The notes: generated by a model from the letters alone, not told the origin. A stretch of DNA of 64,000 bases from Alphaproteobacteria bacterium (GCA_965214705.1 OZ243972.1:960001-1024000), one strand, 5' to 3'; counted from the first letter of the stretch, positions 32,926-44,764 are shown. Numbers and translations: made by a program.

Positions 32926-33816
32926 TCAGTCGCCCTGTCCGATCATCTTCATGATGCCGGAAAAATCGTCCGCCCCGTTGCCGGCGTTGCAGAAGAGGGT
33001 GTAGAGCGCCGCCGCCTCCGCGCCGAGCGGCGAGGCCGCGCCGGCCGAGGCCGCGGCGGTCTGGGCGAGGCGCAGGTCCTTCAGCATCATGGCCGCCGTG
33101 AACCCCGGCGCGTACTCGCGGTTGGACGGCGCGTTCGGCACCGGCCCCGGCACCGGGCAATAGGAGGTGAGCGCCCAGCACTGGCCCGTCGCCTTGGAGA
33201 CGATGTCGAAGAGGGTCTGGCGCTCCAGCCCGAGCCGGTCCGCCATCCCGAAGGCCTCGCACACCCCGATCATCGAGACCGCGAGGATCAGGTTGTTGCA
33301 GACCTTCGCGGTCTGGCCCGCTCCCGATGCGCCGGCGTGGATCACGGCCTTGCCCATGTCGCCCAGCACCGCACGCGCGCGCTCCACTGCTTCGGCCTCG
33401 CCCCCCACCATGAAGGTCAGCGTGCCCGCCGCGGCACCGGCGACACCGCCGGAAACCGGTGAATCCAGCAGCGCCCAGCCGCCCTCGGCGGCCGTCGCGG
33501 CGACATCGCGCGCGGTATCGACGTCGATGGTCGAGCAGTCGATGAGCAGCGTGCCGGGCGCCGCGACCGAGAGGACTCCGCCCTCGCCGCGATAGACCTC
33601 GGACACCTCGGCGCCGGCGGGCAGCATGGTGATGACCACCTCGCGTCCTGCCGCGGTCTCGGCCACCGTGCTCGCCGTTGCACAACCTGCCTCTCGGGCC
33701 CTCTCCACGGCATCCGCGCTGATGTCGAAGGCGGAGACGGCGTGGCCGGCCTTCGCCAGATTGGCGGCCATCGGCCCTCCCATGTTGCCGAGCCCGATGA
33801 AACCCACGTCAGCCAT
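32926..33816 (-). CDS. mmsB: 3-hydroxyisobutyrate dehydrogenase
   Basis: GFIGLGNMGGPMA, DSPVSGG, KVCNN, YCPVPGPVP, DDFSGI; valine-catabolism context. Confidence 0.92.
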   Translation of the reverse strand: MADVGFIGLGNMGGPMAANLAKAGHAVSAFDISADAVERAREAGCATASTVAETAAGREVVITMLPAGAEVSEVYRGEGGVLSVAAPGTLLIDCSTIDVDTARDVAATAAEGGWALLDSPVSGGVAGAAAGTLTFMVGGEAEAVERARAVLGDMGKAVIHAGASGAGQTAKVCNNLILAVSMIGVCEAFGMADRLGLERQTLFDIVSKATGQCWALTSYCPVPGPVPNAPSNREYAPGFTAAMMLKDLRLAQTAAASAGAASPLGAEAAALYTLFCNAGNGADDFSGIMKMIGQGD

Positions 33817-33869
33817 GTCGAAATCTCCCTCCCGCATCCGTCAGCGGCGGGGGTGCCGCTGGCGGCCGC

Positions 33870-34937
33870 TCACCACGTCATGTCGCCCTTGGGCGGCTCC
33901 TCGAAATAAGCATCGACCGCTGCCGCCGTCACCTCCTCCAGACGCGCCGGGCGCCAGGCCGGATTGCGGTCCTTGTCGACGATCTGGGCGCGAATGCCCT
34001 CGAAGAAGTCGGCGCCGAGGTTACAGTGCATAGCGAGGCGGTATTCCAGTGACATGGCCTCCTCGAAGTCGCGCTCGCCGTACTCCGTGAGCTGCTTGAA
34101 CGAGACCTTGAGGCTGGTCGGCGATTTCTGGAGGAGCGTCGCGAGCGTCTCCGCCGCCCAGTCCGAGCCTTCAGCCTCAAGCTTGGCGACGATCTCCTCC
34201 ACGGAGCCCGCATCGAAGCAGCGGTCGATCGCTGCCTGATGCGCGGCGAGAGGGGCCGGGCCGAGGTCTGCGGCGCTCTCCGCCAGCATTCGGCCGACGG
34301 CCGCGTGCGCGTCGCCGCCGAGGTCCGCCGCCAGAAGGGTCTCGTCAAGCGCCTGCAGGGCGTCGCTCGCGACAACGTGGGTCGCGAGCCCGAGATAGAG
34401 CGAGTCGGCCGCGCCGATGCGCGCGCCGGTGAGCCCGAGGTAGAGCCCCGCCTTGCCCGTGAGCCTGGGTAGGAAGTAGGTCGCGCCGACATCGGGGAAG
34501 AGCCCGATGCCGGTCTCCGGCATGGCGAAGAGCGCGCGCTCGGTCATCACGCGGTGCGAGCCATGAATCGATATTCCGACGCCGCCCCCCATCACCACGC
34601 CGTCGATCAGCGCGACGTAAGGCTTGGGATAGCGGAAGATGACGGTGTTGAGCCGGTATTCCTGGGCGTAGAAGACCGTGGCGAAGTCGCGCTCCGGGTC
34701 GTCCCGCTCGCCGTAGAGCAGGCGGATATCGCCGCCGGCGCAGAAGGGCACGCGGCCGTCCTCCCGCGCCGCGCCGCGCACCACCACGGCGGCGATGGCG
34801 GGGTCCTCCGCCCATTCCCTGAGCCTCGCGTCGAGGTCCAGCACCATGGGTTGGGTCAGCGCGTTCAGCGCCTTCGGCCGGTTCAGCGTGACACTGCCGA
34901 CCCGGCCCTTCCGTTCCAGGATGATCTCGTCGCTCAC
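33870..34937 (-). CDS. 3-hydroxyisobutyryl-CoA hydrolase (crotonase family)
   Basis: LNRPKALNAL, FCAGGDI, MGGGVG, AMPETGIGLFPDVG, FFEGIRAQIVDKDRNP.W. Confidence 0.9.
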   Translation of the reverse strand: MSDEIILERKGRVGSVTLNRPKALNALTQPMVLDLDARLREWAEDPAIAAVVVRGAAREDGRVPFCAGGDIRLLYGERDDPERDFATVFYAQEYRLNTVIFRYPKPYVALIDGVVMGGGVGISIHGSHRVMTERALFAMPETGIGLFPDVGATYFLPRLTGKAGLYLGLTGARIGAADSLYLGLATHVVASDALQALDETLLAADLGGDAHAAVGRMLAESAADLGPAPLAAHQAAIDRCFDAGSVEEIVAKLEAEGSDWAAETLATLLQKSPTSLKVSFKQLTEYGERDFEEAMSLEYRLAMHCNLGADFFEGIRAQIVDKDRNPAWRPARLEEVTAAAVDAYFEEPPKGDMTW

Positions 34938-35019
34938 GGTCGCTCCACCCCGGTCAATTGCCGGCGCATCCTACGGATAAGCCCTCAGTGGGGAAACAGG
35001 CGCTTGGTGGTGGCCCGTC

Positions 35020-36159
35020 TCACTCCGCCAGCAGGCGGCGGGCGATGATGAGGCGCATGATCTCGTTGGTGCCTTCGAGGATCTGGTGGACCCGCAGGTC
35101 GCGCAGGTGCCGCTCCACGGGGAAGTCCATAAGGTAGCCGTAGCCGCCGAGAAGCTGCAGCGCCTGGTTGCAGACCTCGAAGCCCGTATCGGTGGCGAAG
35201 CGCTTGGCCATGGCGATGATGGCGGTGGCACCGTCCTCGCGCGCGTCGAGCGCCGCCGCGGCCCGGTGGATCATCAGGCGCGCGGCTTCGAGGTTCGTCG
35301 CCATGTCGGCGAGCGTGAATTGCAGCGCCTGAAAGTCGGCGAGCCTGCGGCCGAACTGCTCGCGATGGAGCAGATGATCGCGGGCGATCTCCAGACTCGC
35401 CTGGGCCGCACCGATCGAACAGGCCCCTATGTTGATGCGCCCGCCGTCGAGCCCCGCCATGGCGATCTTGAAGCCCTGGCCTTCAGAGCCGATGAGGTTC
35501 TCCGCCGGCACGCGGCAGTCCTCGAAGATCACCATCGCCGTCGGCTGGCTGTGCCATCCGAGCTTCTTCTCCTGGGCGCCGAAGCCAAGGCCCGGCGTGT
35601 CGCGCTCGACCGCGATGCAAGAGATGCCGCCTGGCCCCGGCCCGCCGGTGCGCACCATGCAGACGTAAACATCGGCGTGGCCGCCGCCGGAGATGAAGGC
35701 CTTGGTGCCGTTCAGCACGTAGTGCTCGCCGTCCCGGCGCGCGCTGGCCTTGAGCGAGGCAGCGTCGGAGCCCGAGCCCGGCTCGGTCAGGCAGTAGCTC
35801 GCGAAGTGTTCCATGCTCGCAAGACGCGGCAGGAAGCGCCTGCGCTGCGCGTCCCCACCAAAGGCGTCGATCATCCAGGACGCCATGTTGTGGATCGAGA
35901 TGTAGGCGGCGGTCGAGGCGCAGCCCCGCGCCAGGCCCTCGAAGATCAACGCCGCGTCGAGCCGAGTCAGGTTCGACCCGCCGACGTCGTCGCCCACGTA
36001 GATGCCGCCGAAGCCGAGCGACGCGGCCTTGCGCAGCGTCTCCACCGGGAAGGTGCAGTCCCGGTCCCACTGGGGGGCGAAGGGGGCAAGCTCATTCTCG
36101 GCAAAGCTCTGGGCGAGCTCGCGGAACGCCTCTTGCTCTTCCGAAAGGGTGAAGTCCAT
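35020..36159 (-). CDS. Isobutyryl-CoA dehydrogenase (acyl-CoA dehydrogenase)
   Basis: [50 protein letters not shown]. Confidence 0.92.
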   Translation of the reverse strand: MDFTLSEEQEAFRELAQSFAENELAPFAPQWDRDCTFPVETLRKAASLGFGGIYVGDDVGGSNLTRLDAALIFEGLARGCASTAAYISIHNMASWMIDAFGGDAQRRRFLPRLASMEHFASYCLTEPGSGSDAASLKASARRDGEHYVLNGTKAFISGGGHADVYVCMVRTGGPGPGGISCIAVERDTPGLGFGAQEKKLGWHSQPTAMVIFEDCRVPAENLIGSEGQGFKIAMAGLDGGRINIGACSIGAAQASLEIARDHLLHREQFGRRLADFQALQFTLADMATNLEAARLMIHRAAAALDAREDGATAIIAMAKRFATDTGFEVCNQALQLLGGYGYLMDFPVERHLRDLRVHQILEGTNEIMRLIIARRLLAE

Positions 36160-36163
36160 GGGC

Positions 36164-37267
36164 CTAACTTAGCGAGCGCCGGCGCACCTGGGCGAGACGA
36201 AATATCAGGGGAGCCACGATCACGATCAGCATGATCCGCGCGATGTGATGGGTCGAGACGAAGGCGGCGGCGCTCCCCATGGTGAGCGCGATCAGGCTCA
36301 TCTCGGCAAGCCCGCCGGGGGCGAACGCGAGGAACAGGACCGGACCCGACTGGCCCGCGACGGCGGCGAGGCCGTAGGCCGCGCCGGCCGTGACCAGCAC
36401 CATCATCACCCCCACCAGCCCAGCCAGCAGCATGATTCGCCTAAGCTCGCCGAACGCCATGCCTACGAAGCGCGCCCCGATGGCGCCGCCGAGCACCACC
36501 TGGGCGGCAGCGATCAACTCGCCGGGCGGCTGCGCCGAGACCACCCCGCTCAAGTGCAGGGCGGCGCTCAGCACCATCGGCCCCACCAGTTGCGCCGCCG
36601 GCACCTTGAGCGCCTTCGCCGCCGGGTAGCCCACCAGCGCACAGGCGATCAGCGCGAGGATGTCGATCCAGTCTGCCGACTCGCCGGCGGGCACCGGCAG
36701 GCCCACCGGGGCGACCCCCTCGACCAGCCGGAAGTAGAAGGCGATCAGGAAGACGGCGACCAGGATGCGCGTGGCGTGGGTGAGCGAGATCGTGCGCCCG
36801 TCGCCGCCCATGCTCTCGCCGAGCACCATCATCTCGCTGAGCCCGCCCGGCATGGACGAGAAGTAGGCGGACACCCGGTCGTAGCCTCCCAACTTGCGGA
36901 AGACGACATAGGCCATGCCTGCCGCCAACGCCGTGGAGAGCACCACGCCCGAGAGCCCCACGTACCATTCCGCGATTCGGCCGAAGAGGTCGATGGTGAA
37001 CTGGCTGCCCAGCAACACGCCGAGGATCGCGATCATGACGTTGCGGACCTGAGCGGGGACCATGATCGGCGCGCCGGCGAGCGCCGCCCCTGTCGCCACG
37101 GTCATGGCGCCCAGCATCCAGGGCAGCGGCAGCGCCAGAGCGAAAAAGATTGCTCCGCCGACGGTACCGAGGCCGACGGCGAGTGCGAAGCGCAAGCCGG
37201 CGATGCGCAGCCGCGCGGCCTGCCAGCGCGGGCCAAATGGGATGTCGAACGGTTTCACGGGCCGCAC
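36164..37267 (-). CDS. AbrB-family (AbrB duplication) membrane protein
   Basis: Multi-TM; [15 protein letters not shown] and APGGLAEM duplicated motifs; start approximate. Confidence 0.85.
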   Translation of the reverse strand: MRPVKPFDIPFGPRWQAARLRIAGLRFALAVGLGTVGGAIFFALALPLPWMLGAMTVATGAALAGAPIMVPAQVRNVMIAILGVLLGSQFTIDLFGRIAEWYVGLSGVVLSTALAAGMAYVVFRKLGGYDRVSAYFSSMPGGLSEMMVLGESMGGDGRTISLTHATRILVAVFLIAFYFRLVEGVAPVGLPVPAGESADWIDILALIACALVGYPAAKALKVPAAQLVGPMVLSAALHLSGVVSAQPPGELIAAAQVVLGGAIGARFVGMAFGELRRIMLLAGLVGVMMVLVTAGAAYGLAAVAGQSGPVLFLAFAPGGLAEMSLIALTMGSAAAFVSTHHIARIMLIVIVAPLIFRLAQVRRRSLS

Positions 37268-37289
37268 CCGGCTCGCCGCGCCGCACCCC

Positions 37290-38057
37290 TCAAGGGGTGA
37301 ACTGCTCGGAGAGGATGCGCTCGGTGAGGCTGTGCTCGGGATCGAACAGGAGGTTGATCGCCGTCGCGTGATCGACCGCGACCTCGACCGACGCCACGTC
37401 GCGCACCTCGGTGTAGTCGGCGACCGCGCTGACCGGGCGCTTGTCGTGCTCGATCACCTCGAGCCGCACGGTGGCCTCGTGCAGCAGAAGCGCGCCACGC
37501 CAGCGGCGCGGGCGGAAGGCGCTGATCGGCGTAAGCGCCAGGATGTTGGCGCCGAGCGGGATGATCGGGCCGTGGGCCGAGAGGTTGTAGGCGGTGCTGC
37601 CGGCGGGCGTCGCCACGATCACGCCGTCGCAGATCAATTCCTCCACCCGCACGACGCCGTCCACGCTGATCCTGATCTTGGCGGCCTGGCGGGTCTCCCG
37701 CAGCATCGAGACCTCGTTGATGGCGAGCGCTTCCTGCGTATCGCCGTGGATTGTCTCGGCCCGCATGCTGAGCGGGTGCAGGACCGTGCTGTGCGCCTGC
37801 TCCAGCCGCGCCGGCAGGTCGTCGAGGGAGAATTCGTTCATCAAAAAGCCGACCGTGCCCCGGCTCATGCCGTAGATCGGCTTGCCCCGGCGGAGCAGGC
37901 GGTGCTGGGTTTCCAGCATGAAGCCGTCGCCGCCGAGGGCGACGATGACGTCGGCTTCCACCGGCTCGGTCAGGGAGTAGCGTGCGGCGATCTCGGCCAG
38001 CGCGTCTTGAGCATCGGCGGCGGTCGAGGCGACGGCGGCCATCCTCCGGTAGCGCAT
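37290..38057 (-). CDS. nadK: NAD kinase
   Basis: [33 protein letters not shown]. Confidence 0.93.
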   Translation of the reverse strand: MRYRRMAAVASTAADAQDALAEIAARYSLTEPVEADVIVALGGDGFMLETQHRLLRRGKPIYGMSRGTVGFLMNEFSLDDLPARLEQAHSTVLHPLSMRAETIHGDTQEALAINEVSMLRETRQAAKIRISVDGVVRVEELICDGVIVATPAGSTAYNLSAHGPIIPLGANILALTPISAFRPRRWRGALLLHEATVRLEVIEHDKRPVSAVADYTEVRDVASVEVAVDHATAINLLFDPEHSLTERILSEQFTP

Positions 38058-38115
38058 GGGGTCCCCCGATGGGTAGCGCCGGCACGGCGCTAAGCGTGGT
38101 CTGGGCGGCGGCGGA

Positions 38116-39108
38116 TCAGCCGCCGGTCACGCTCATGTGGCGGCCGACCGCCGGGCCGGTATGGCGGCGGTCGATGATGAAGTCATGGCCCTTGGGCTTG
38201 CGCCCGATCGCCTCGTGGATCGCGTCGACCAACGCCTCGTCGCTTTCGCTCTGGCGGAGCGGGGTGCGCAGGTCGGCCGCGTCCTCCTGGCCCAGGCACA
38301 TGTAGAGCGTGCCGGTGCAGGTGAGCCGGACCCGGTTGCAGGATTCGCAGAAGTTGTGGGTGAGGGGCGTGATGAAGCCGATCCGCTGGCCGGTCTCGCG
38401 CACCGTGACGTAGCGCGCGGGCCCGCCGGTGCGATGGTCGCTCTCGTCCAGGGTCCAACGCTTGCGCAGCCGCGCGCGGACGAGAGAGAGCGGCAGGTAG
38501 TGCTCGGTGCGGTCGCCGTCGATGTCGCCGAGCGGCATGGTCTCGATGAAGGTGATATCCTGGCCCTCGGCCGCGCACCACTCGATCAGGTCCTCGATCT
38601 CGTCCTCGTTGACGCCGCGCAGCGCCACGGTGTTGATCTTGACCCTGAGGCCCGCCGCACGCGCCGCCTCGATCCCCTCCAGCACCTGGTCGAGCCGGCC
38701 CCAGCGAGTGATCTCCGCGAATTTCGCAGGATCGCGCGTGTCGAGGGAGATGTTGATGCGGCGCACGCCGGCCGCGTAAAGAGCCTCCGCGTGGCGCGGC
38801 AGTTGGCTGCCGTTGGTGGTGAGCGTTAGCTCGTCGAGCGCGCCGGTCCGCAAGTGGCGGCCCAGGCTCTCGAACAGGCCCATGACGCCCTTCCGCACCA
38901 GCGGCTCGCCGCCGGTGATGCGCAGCTTGCGCACGCCGAGGCCGACGAAGGCGCTGCACAGGCGATCCAGCTCCTCAAGCGTCAGCAGCTCCGCCTTCGG
39001 CAGGAAACTCATGTGCTCCGACATGCAGTAGAAGCAGCGGAAGTCGCACCGGTCCGTGACCGAGACCCGCAGGTAGGTGACGTGGCGCTCGAATGGGTCG
39101 ATCAGCAT
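38116..39108 (-). CDS. moaA: GTP 3',8-cyclase (molybdenum cofactor biosynthesis radical SAM)
   Basis: [37 protein letters not shown]-terminal MSVTGG. Confidence 0.97.
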   Translation of the reverse strand: MLIDPFERHVTYLRVSVTDRCDFRCFYCMSEHMSFLPKAELLTLEELDRLCSAFVGLGVRKLRITGGEPLVRKGVMGLFESLGRHLRTGALDELTLTTNGSQLPRHAEALYAAGVRRINISLDTRDPAKFAEITRWGRLDQVLEGIEAARAAGLRVKINTVALRGVNEDEIEDLIEWCAAEGQDITFIETMPLGDIDGDRTEHYLPLSLVRARLRKRWTLDESDHRTGGPARYVTVRETGQRIGFITPLTHNFCESCNRVRLTCTGTLYMCLGQEDAADLRTPLRQSESDEALVDAIHEAIGRKPKGHDFIIDRRHTGPAVGRHMSVTGG

Positions 39109-39293
39109 GGCTTCCGCTCCGCCGGCGCGCGGCGGCCCTTATGCCGCTCGGCGCCCCGCATATTACGCGAGGGTGCCGAATTTCTCCCGGAGAATCTGGG
39201 CATCATCGGGGTGACGTCAACCGTGCCGCTCGCACGGTAATGGAGGCTGCTGGTAGGATCGGGAGCGAAGGGCCGCGAAGTGGAGCGCGCAGA

Positions 39294-40310
39294 ATGACGG
39301 AATCAGTGGTCCCGGTCATCGATATCGCGCCGTTTCTCGCCGGCGAGCGGGAAGACAAGGCGCGCGTTACCGCAGAGGTGGACGACGCCTGCCGCGAGAT
39401 CGGCTTCCTCGTGATCGCTGGCCACGGCGTGTCCCAGGCGCAGATCGACGAGATACGCCACGTCACCCGCGCCTTCTTCGAGCTGCCCTATTGGGAGAAG
39501 CTGAGAGTCAAGATGCCGCCCGACCGCTATCGCGGGTTGATGACCGTCGGCAGCGAGGACGTGGCCTACAGTATGGACGCCGACGAGGGCGCGCCTGACT
39601 GGCGCGAGAGCTTCGTCACCGGGCCCTTCGATCACGCCTACGACGAATATCACTACGGGCCGAAGGGCTGGCGCTTCTTCGCAGCCAATCTCTGGCCCGA
39701 TAAGCCTGCGGAGATGCGGCCGCTCTGGGAGGCCTACTATCGGGAGATGGAGCGGCTGGCGGGCGACCTGATGCGCATCTTCGCCTGCGCGCTGGGGCTG
39801 CCCGAGGCGTTCTTCGTCGACAAGATCGACCGGCACATCACCAACTTCATCGCCTCCTACTACCCGCCGCAGCCGACCCCGCCGCTGCCGGGGCAGCTCC
39901 GCTGCGGCGCCCATGCCGACTACGGCAGCCTCACCATCGTCTCCTCCGATTCCCCCGTGGGCGGCCTGCAGGTGCTAGGCAAGGACGGCGCCTGGGCCGA
40001 CGTGCCCTGCATCCCCGGCACCTTCGTCATCAATCTCGGCGACCTGATGGCGGAGTGGACCAACGACCGCTGGCGCTCGACCCTGCACCGGGTGGTCAAT
40101 CCGCCGCGTGAGGAGGCGGAGAGCAGCCGGCTCTCGCTGCTGTTCTTCCACCAACCCAACTACGACGCCGTGATCGAGTGCCTGCCGAGCTGCACCGATG
40201 CAGCCAACCCGCCGCGCTACACGCCCATCACGTCCGGCGCCCACGTCGCATACAAGATCGACAAGAGCCGCCGCCCGCTTCTCGAGGATGCCGAGGCGGC
40301 TGCAGGATAG
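39294..40310 (+). CDS. 2OG-Fe(II) oxygenase, isopenicillin N synthase family
   Basis: VPVIDIAP..GF..GHGV, HADYG (HxD), STLHRV, RLS. Confidence 0.9.
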   Translation: MTESVVPVIDIAPFLAGEREDKARVTAEVDDACREIGFLVIAGHGVSQAQIDEIRHVTRAFFELPYWEKLRVKMPPDRYRGLMTVGSEDVAYSMDADEGAPDWRESFVTGPFDHAYDEYHYGPKGWRFFAANLWPDKPAEMRPLWEAYYREMERLAGDLMRIFACALGLPEAFFVDKIDRHITNFIASYYPPQPTPPLPGQLRCGAHADYGSLTIVSSDSPVGGLQVLGKDGAWADVPCIPGTFVINLGDLMAEWTNDRWRSTLHRVVNPPREEAESSRLSLLFFHQPNYDAVIECLPSCTDAANPPRYTPITSGAHVAYKIDKSRRPLLEDAEAAAG

Positions 40311-40407
40311 CGGCGGCACCATCGGCCCTTGACTCCCCGCGCCTGAGACCGCGAATTCGGGCCGCCCGCACGGCGGGCGATGAAGGCGTGACGGAGAGGA
40401 GGCGGCG

Positions 40408-41757
40408 GTGGCCGACAACGGAGGGCAAGGCGCCCGCGATCAGGTAGAGGACGCACTGGCGCAGCTAGAGCGCGGCGGCATTCAACACGTTCGCTTCGAG
40501 CTGCCGGACATGCACGGCTCGGCCCGCTCCAAGCAGGTGCCGATCGAGCGATTTCCCGCCTCCGCCCGCGAGGGCGTGAACATGTATGGCGGCATCGTGG
40601 CCCTCGACACGGCCTCCCACGTGATCCCCGGCACCCTCTACAACGAGGAGGTCAAGTACAAGGACCAGACCCTGCGTCCGGACCTTTCGACCCTCGCGAC
40701 CGTGCCGTGGCTCGACGGCATGGCCAAGGTCATCTGCGACACAGAGTGGGAGGACGGCACGCCGCTACACGCGGCACCCCGCGGTGTCGCTCGCCGGATG
40801 CTGGAGCGGGCGGCCGAGCTCGGCTTCGGCATCGAGAGCGCCCACGAGTACGAGTTCTACGTGCTCGACCGCGAGACCTATCAGCCGCTTTTCGGCGGCG
40901 TCCACATCTTCAACAATCTACGCAACGATCACCTGCCCGCGATCCGCGCGGTGGTCGACGGTCTGCGCGCGGCCGGCATCCCGATGCTGACCGCGAACGC
41001 CGAATACGCGCCCTCGCAGTACGAGCTGGTCTACAGGCATGCCGCGGGGATGGCGGGCCTCGACCAAGCGTTTACCTTCAAGAACGGGGTGAAAGAAATC
41101 GTCCAGCACGAAGGGCTCACCGCGACCTTCATGGGCAAGCCCTCGGCGGAGTCGGCGGGCTCCGGCTGCCACTACCACATCAGCCTGCTCGACAAGGAAA
41201 GCGGGCAGAGCGCCTTCTACGACCCCGATAACCCGAGCGAGATGACGCCGACACTCAGGCACTTCGTCCAGGGCATCATCGACCACGGCGCGGCTGCCAT
41301 GGCGCTCTTCAACCCGACGCCCAACTGCTACCGCCGGCTCACGCCCCACACCTTCGCGCCGTCGAACGTGAGCTGGGGCGAGGAGGACCGGAGCGCGATG
41401 GTGCGCATCAAGCAGCCGGGCTCGCCTGGGATGCACGTGGAGATGCGGGCGTCTTCTGCGATCAGCAATCCCTATCTCTGCGCGGCCGGCACGCTCGCCT
41501 GCGGGCTGCTCGGGATGAGCGAGAAGCGCTCGCTGGTCGCGCAGTCCGACGGGCCGAGCGAGGACGACCCCAGCCTGCCGCCCTTCCCGGCCAATCTCGA
41601 GGCGGCGCTGGCTGCACTCGAAGCCGACGCGGCGATGGTCGATCTGCTGGGCGAGGAGTTCGTGACCGTCTTCACCACGATGAAGCGCGCCGAGCTCGCC
41701 CGCTTCAACGCCCACGTCACGCAGTGGGAGCGCGACGAATACATCGAGCTTTATTGA
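40408..41757 (+). CDS. Glutamine synthetase family protein (probable gamma-glutamyl-amine ligase)
   Basis: DMHG.ARSK, EYEFY, EYAPSQYE, FMGKP..GSGCHYH, EDRSAMVRI, NPYL. Confidence 0.88.
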   Translation: MADNGGQGARDQVEDALAQLERGGIQHVRFELPDMHGSARSKQVPIERFPASAREGVNMYGGIVALDTASHVIPGTLYNEEVKYKDQTLRPDLSTLATVPWLDGMAKVICDTEWEDGTPLHAAPRGVARRMLERAAELGFGIESAHEYEFYVLDRETYQPLFGGVHIFNNLRNDHLPAIRAVVDGLRAAGIPMLTANAEYAPSQYELVYRHAAGMAGLDQAFTFKNGVKEIVQHEGLTATFMGKPSAESAGSGCHYHISLLDKESGQSAFYDPDNPSEMTPTLRHFVQGIIDHGAAAMALFNPTPNCYRRLTPHTFAPSNVSWGEEDRSAMVRIKQPGSPGMHVEMRASSAISNPYLCAAGTLACGLLGMSEKRSLVAQSDGPSEDDPSLPPFPANLEAALAALEADAAMVDLLGEEFVTVFTTMKRAELARFNAHVTQWERDEYIELY

Positions 41758-41801
41758 GCCGCGGTCAGTATTTGGTTTGGGTCGAGCAGCCGGTTTCTAC
41801 C

Positions 41802-41912
41802 CACCTCTCCCTGTCCCTCTCCCCCCTGAAGGGCGGAGAGGGGACGTAGATGGCGCCGGCTAACACTCCCTCTCCTCCCCTCGGGGGAGGAAAGGGTCGG
41901 GGTGAGGAGGGG
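41802..41912. repeat. Pair of REP/RIME-like palindromic units between convergent genes
   Basis: CCCTCTCCCCCC...GGAGAGGGGA and CCCTCTCCTCCCC...GGGGGAGGAAAGGGTCGGGGTGAGG, the CCCTCTCCC..GGGAGAGGG family pattern. Confidence 0.7.
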
Positions 41913-41943
41913 GTGCTTTCGATTAGACTTGGCGGTGCACTTC

Positions 41944-42963
41944 CTAACGGAAGTGCGGGAGCACGTGGTCGGCGTAGGCCGCGACGATCTGCTCCTCGCC
42001 GCCGTTGGTAAGGTAGATGTTGAACTGGGTCACGCCGGCCGCCTCCAGCGCACGGATCTTCTCCACATGGGCCTCGGCCGGGCCGACCACGCAGAAGTCC
42101 TCGGTGATCTCGGGCGAGACGTAGGCACTGTTGTCTGACTCCAGCGCGGTGTGCTGGCGATAGTCGTAGCCCTCGTCGGCGCCCACACCCTCGCGCTCCG
42201 CAATGTAGGTGGTGAGGCTCTTCGGCACGAGGTCGGTGCCGGCGCCGTGGTGCTTCACGATGTCGGCCACGTGGTTGCCCACCAGCGCCGGGAACCACTT
42301 GGTCTGGGCGATCCCGGCCTCGCGGTCGCCGACCCAGACCGGTGCGCAGGCCATGACGCGGTAGTCCGCCATGTCGCGGCCTTCGGCGCGGCCGGCGGCG
42401 CGCGCCTGGTCCCCCATCCACTGGCAGAGGCCGACGTCGCCGAGCTGCACGATCAGCCCGTCGCCGACGCGGCCAGCCGCCGCCAGCGCACGCGGCCCGT
42501 AGGCCGCGACCCAGACCGGCATCTCGTAGCCGCCGGTCCAGTCGAACTGCACCGGCTCCGGCACGCCCTCGTAGCTCACCGCCTCGCCCCGCACCAGCGC
42601 CTTCATGGCGTGGCAGAACTCCTCCAGACGTGCCACCGTCGCCGGCCGCTTGCCGATCGCCCGCACGGCGCTGTCGCCGCGCCCCACGCCCATGTCGAAG
42701 CGGCCGTCCGACTGCACCGCCATCGCCCCGAACAGGCTCGCGGCCACCGACCATTCGCGGGTCATCGGGTTGGTGACGCAGGGGCCGAAGCGCAGCCGCT
42801 GTGTGTGGTCGATGGCGACCGCCATCTGTGGGTAAAGATCGCGCCACAGCGCGTGGCTGTCGAAGAACCAAGCGTAGTCGAAACCCGCCGCCTCGGCCTG
42901 CCTGCAGATGGCGACGATGCGATCCTTTTCGAGGTCGCCGCGAAAGGTGATGGCGAATTCCAT
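41944..42963 (-). CDS. LLM-class F420-dependent oxidoreductase (TIGR03842-like)
   Basis: AEAAGFDYAWFFDSH.LW, GPCVTNP.TR, GVGRGDSA, VAAYGPRAL, FPALVGNHVAD, GYDY..H; next to npdG. Confidence 0.85.
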   Translation of the reverse strand: MEFAITFRGDLEKDRIVAICRQAEAAGFDYAWFFDSHALWRDLYPQMAVAIDHTQRLRFGPCVTNPMTREWSVAASLFGAMAVQSDGRFDMGVGRGDSAVRAIGKRPATVARLEEFCHAMKALVRGEAVSYEGVPEPVQFDWTGGYEMPVWVAAYGPRALAAAGRVGDGLIVQLGDVGLCQWMGDQARAAGRAEGRDMADYRVMACAPVWVGDREAGIAQTKWFPALVGNHVADIVKHHGAGTDLVPKSLTTYIAEREGVGADEGYDYRQHTALESDNSAYVSPEITEDFCVVGPAEAHVEKIRALEAAGVTQFNIYLTNGGEEQIVAAYADHVLPHFR

Positions 42964-42974
42964 GATTGTCTCCT

Positions 42975-43643
42975 TTACCCGGCTTCCGGCCAGATCTGCA
43001 CGCCCGCGTGCTTGAAGCCCGTCGCCTTCGACATATTGAGGCGGATCAGCAGCGGTGTCAGCGCCTCAATGCAGCGCGCGCTCTCGGCCGGGCCGCAGTT
43101 GTAGGCGCGGGCACCGATGGTCTCGACCAAGTCCATCACCGCGCGCTTCGCCTCCAGGTCATCGCCGCAGACGAGGATGTCGCAGTTGATCGGCTGATCA
43201 AGTGCGGCAAGCACGTGGGCGGAGACGTTGTGGAGAGCGCCCACCACGGCGACGCCCTCGCCCAGCATCGCCTGCGCCGCCTCGGTCGCCGAGCCCTCGG
43301 GTGGCATCGCTGCCTTGCGGGGATTGCCGTCGGCGAGCGGCACGGCCATGTCAACCAGGATCTTGCCTTGCAACGCCTCGGTAAGCCCCGCGAGGGTCGC
43401 CTGGTGCGCGCTCCACGGTACCGCCAGCACGACCACGCGCTCGGCCCGCGCCACCGCGTCGGCGTTGGCGGCGCCTTCGATCGACCCCGGTGCATCAGGC
43501 ACGCCGGCTCTTAGATCGACGGCGATCTCCGCCGCGCGGGCGGCATCGCGCGAGCCGACCACGACGTCGATGCCGGCGAGTGCGCAGCGCTGCGCCAGCC
43601 CGCGGCCCTGAGGTCCGGTGCCTCCGATCACGGCGATTGCCAT
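42975..43643 (-). CDS. npdG: NADPH-dependent F420 reductase
   Basis: [50 protein letters not shown]. Confidence 0.9.
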   Translation of the reverse strand: MAIAVIGGTGPQGRGLAQRCALAGIDVVVGSRDAARAAEIAVDLRAGVPDAPGSIEGAANADAVARAERVVVLAVPWSAHQATLAGLTEALQGKILVDMAVPLADGNPRKAAMPPEGSATEAAQAMLGEGVAVVGALHNVSAHVLAALDQPINCDILVCGDDLEAKRAVMDLVETIGARAYNCGPAESARCIEALTPLLIRLNMSKATGFKHAGVQIWPEAG

Positions 43644-43675
43644 GGAATGGGTCTCCTGAGTGCGCCCGGCCGCAG

Positions 43676-44200
43676 CTACGCGTCGTAGGCGACGAGGGAG
43701 GTGATCGGCAGGTCGAGGCGTTGACGCCCGCCGAGGAAGCTCAGCTCAATGATGAAGGCCGCCGCCACCACCTCGGCACCCACTTGGCGCAGCAGCGCAT
43801 GCGACGCGGCCGCCGTGCCCCCGGTTGCAAGCAGATCATCGACCAGGACAACCCGCTGACCCGGCGCGACGGCGTCGGCCTGCACCTCGACCTGATCGGT
43901 GCCGTACTCGAGCGCGTATTCATACGCCACGGTCTCGCCCGGCAGCTTGCCCTTCTTGCGTACCATGATGAAGCCACACCCGAGTGCGTGCGCCACCGGC
44001 GCCGCGACCAGAAAGCCGCGGGATTCGATCCCTGCGAGAAGATCGGGCTTGTGACTGCCGACCACATCGACGAGACGCTGCACCGTCTCGCCCCAGGCCC
44101 GCGCGTGGGCGAGCAGGGTCGAGATGTCATAAAAGAGGATGCCTGGCTTGGGAAAGTCAGGAATTTCGCGGATGTGGTCGCGCAGGTCGAACGCGGACAT
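43676..44200 (-). CDS. apt: Adenine phosphoribosyltransferase
   Basis: [45 protein letters not shown]. Confidence 0.96.
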   Translation of the reverse strand: MSAFDLRDHIREIPDFPKPGILFYDISTLLAHARAWGETVQRLVDVVGSHKPDLLAGIESRGFLVAAPVAHALGCGFIMVRKKGKLPGETVAYEYALEYGTDQVEVQADAVAPGQRVVLVDDLLATGGTAAASHALLRQVGAEVVAAAFIIELSFLGGRQRLDLPITSLVAYDA

Positions 44201-44241
44201 GGCTGCCCCCAATCAGCGCAAGAGGGCTTTGTCCTCCGCGA

Positions 44242-44631
44242 TCACTCGGCGCCGGTGGCTTCCTTGAGATAGGCGATCAGGTTGTCGCGGTCCTTTTCCT
44301 TCCTGACCCCCTTGAACGCCATCTTGTTCTTCGGAATGTAACCCTTGGGATCGGCAATATAGGCTCTGATCGTCTCCTCGTCCCAGACGATTGCCGCGTC
44401 CTTCATCGCGTCCGAGTACTTCTTGAAGCCTTCGGCCGTGCCCGAGGTGCGGCCGAAGACGCCGTGGAGGTTCGGGCCCACCTTGTGCTTCCCGCCTTCC
44501 TTGACGGTGTGGCACACCTTGCACTTCTTGAAGACCTTCTTGCCCTTCTTCACATCAGCGGCAATGGCGGAGGCGCTTGCCGCCATCATGAAGGTGGCGA
44601 GGGCAACGGCGAGGACGTGTCGTGCGCGCAC
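44242..44631 (-). CDS. Class I cytochrome c (cytochrome c2-like), exported
   Basis: Signal peptide, [38 protein letters not shown] (axial Met). GTG at 44631 after AAGGAG. Confidence 0.93.
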   Translation of the reverse strand: MRARHVLAVALATFMMAASASAIAADVKKGKKVFKKCKVCHTVKEGGKHKVGPNLHGVFGRTSGTAEGFKKYSDAMKDAAIVWDEETIRAYIADPKGYIPKNKMAFKGVRKEKDRDNLIAYLKEATGAE

Positions 44632-44764
44632 GGGTATCTCCTTAGGTCTGGTCCCGATCATGCGGTGAACGCGCGAACATAGGCCGGGTTCGCACCCGCG
44701 ATCAAGGAGGCCATTCGGCCGGTGGCGCGCCGCTTCCGCGGAGCAGCGCGCCGCCGGCGGATGG

